A stretch of DNA of 64,000 nucleotides. Origin: Bacillota bacterium (lineage in GTDB: Bacteria; Bacillota; Dehalobacteriia; UBA4068; UBA4997). Positions 63,262-64,000 of this stretch are shown in pieces. The position numbers and the translations under genes were made by a program. The notes under the pieces are model-generated. The model searched no databases, had not been told where the DNA came from, and saw only the letters and a program-made list of their open reading frames with translations. How positions within the stretch are numbered: position 1 is the stretch's first letter; each line of letters begins with the position of its first letter. The stretch spans positions 3,473 to 67,472 of the forward strand of contig JAETNY010000011.1 of assembly GCA_021771915.1 (NCBI GenBank). The letters run 5' to 3'.

Positions 63262-64000
63262 ATGCCCAGAAACGATGGAATTGATCGTGTAAGCGTCAGG
63301 AATGTTAATCTGACAGCTAACCAAATCAGCAATACCCAACGGCACAATGAAAGAGAAAAAGAAAGTTATGTCAACCCCGATATTATGCCGGAAAGAACAG
63401 AATTAAATGTGCATTTCAAACAGCCAACAGATAATTATGCCACTATGTTTGAGCAAATGAAAAACAATAAAATTATATCCACCAGAGGCTTAAAAGCCGA
63501 TGCCCACCTGTATGGCGAATTAATTTTTGATGTAAACTCAGCCTATTTTCATAATCACGGCGGTTATGAATTTGCCAAAAAGTTTTATGAGGACGCTTAC
63601 AAAGCAGCTATTGATATTGTCGGTGGTAAGCAATACATTTTGTCAGCCGTAATGCACGCCGATGAGCGCAACAGCGCAATGTCCGAAGCGTTAGGCCAGG
63701 ATGTTTACCACTACCACCTGCACGTTGTTTATATCCCAGTGGTAGAAAAGCAAATTCTCTGGACAAAACGCTGCAAAAACAAATCACTGGTTGGCACCGT
63801 TAAAGAAACCATTACCCAAGTCAGCAGCAGCAAAAAGTGGCAGTCCCACCCTGCCCTTGACGAAAATGGGCAGCCAATTTTACAGAAGAACGGCAAGCCA
63901 GTGCTGCGTAAATCATACAGCATATTGCAAGATGATTTTTTCAATGCTATGCGTGCAGCCGGTTACAAAGATATTGAACGAGGCGAGCGTGGTTCATCGG
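63262..64000 (+). CDS. Mob/Pre (MOBV) relaxase, partial (absent from ORF track)
   Basis: MPRNDGIDR...HNER...AVMHADE...HYHLHVVYIP; RBS aaggag. Confidence 0.9.
   Translation, partial: MPRNDGIDRVSVRNVNLTANQISNTQRHNEREKESYVNPDIMPERTELNVHFKQPTDNYATMFEQMKNNKIISTRGLKADAHLYGELIFDVNSAYFHNHGGYEFAKKFYEDAYKAAIDIVGGKQYILSAVMHADERNSAMSEALGQDVYHYHLHVVYIPVVEKQILWTKRCKNKSLVGTVKETITQVSSSKKWQSHPALDENGQPILQKNGKPVLRKSYSILQDDFFNAMRAAGYKDIERGERGSS

Larger units (their letters stand above)
59420..64000 (+). mobile_element. Integrative mobilizable element (tyrosine integrase, MOBV) at the guaA 3' end; continues beyond the window
   Basis: Repressor-xis-int-rep-oriT-mob right after guaA; tandem tgatagca (59506-59513, 59517-59524) as likely arm sites; left boundary approximate. 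Confidence 0.85.

Overview
Window from a motile Clostridia-type (Bacillota) chromosome. Bases 1-~53520 are most of a Tn1549-like integrative conjugative element (ICE), almost all on the minus strand, integrated inside the 3' end of a large flagellin gene. The ICE has two tandem large serine recombinases, TnpW, a sigma70-r4 regulator, a MOBP relaxase with MobC, a giant methylase/SNF2 helicase with a TnpV gene overprinted inside it, topoisomerase III, a Cys/His-repeat SLH surface protein, a Gram-positive T4SS, a YafQ/DinJ toxin-antitoxin pair and a ParB. Its cargo is a class I lanthipeptide cluster (lanA, a MacAB-like transporter, lanB, lanC, lanT) next to an ECF sigma/anti-sigma module. Host pyrG-guaA follow, then a second, tyrosine-integrase mobilizable element starting at the guaA 3' end. 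Main unexplained signals: lanA sits in a 387-bp unit bounded by 15-bp perfect inverted repeats with identical acaAAtgt cores; the acidic 8-Cys core peptide has tandem CxxCxxCxxxC motifs; a 41-bp promoter-like sequence is duplicated upstream of the anti-sigma gene and lanA; a bimodular structured non-coding region lies upstream of the recombinases; and the flagellin C-terminus is replaced by ICE sequence. All family assignments come from motif recognition by eye; no database search was run.
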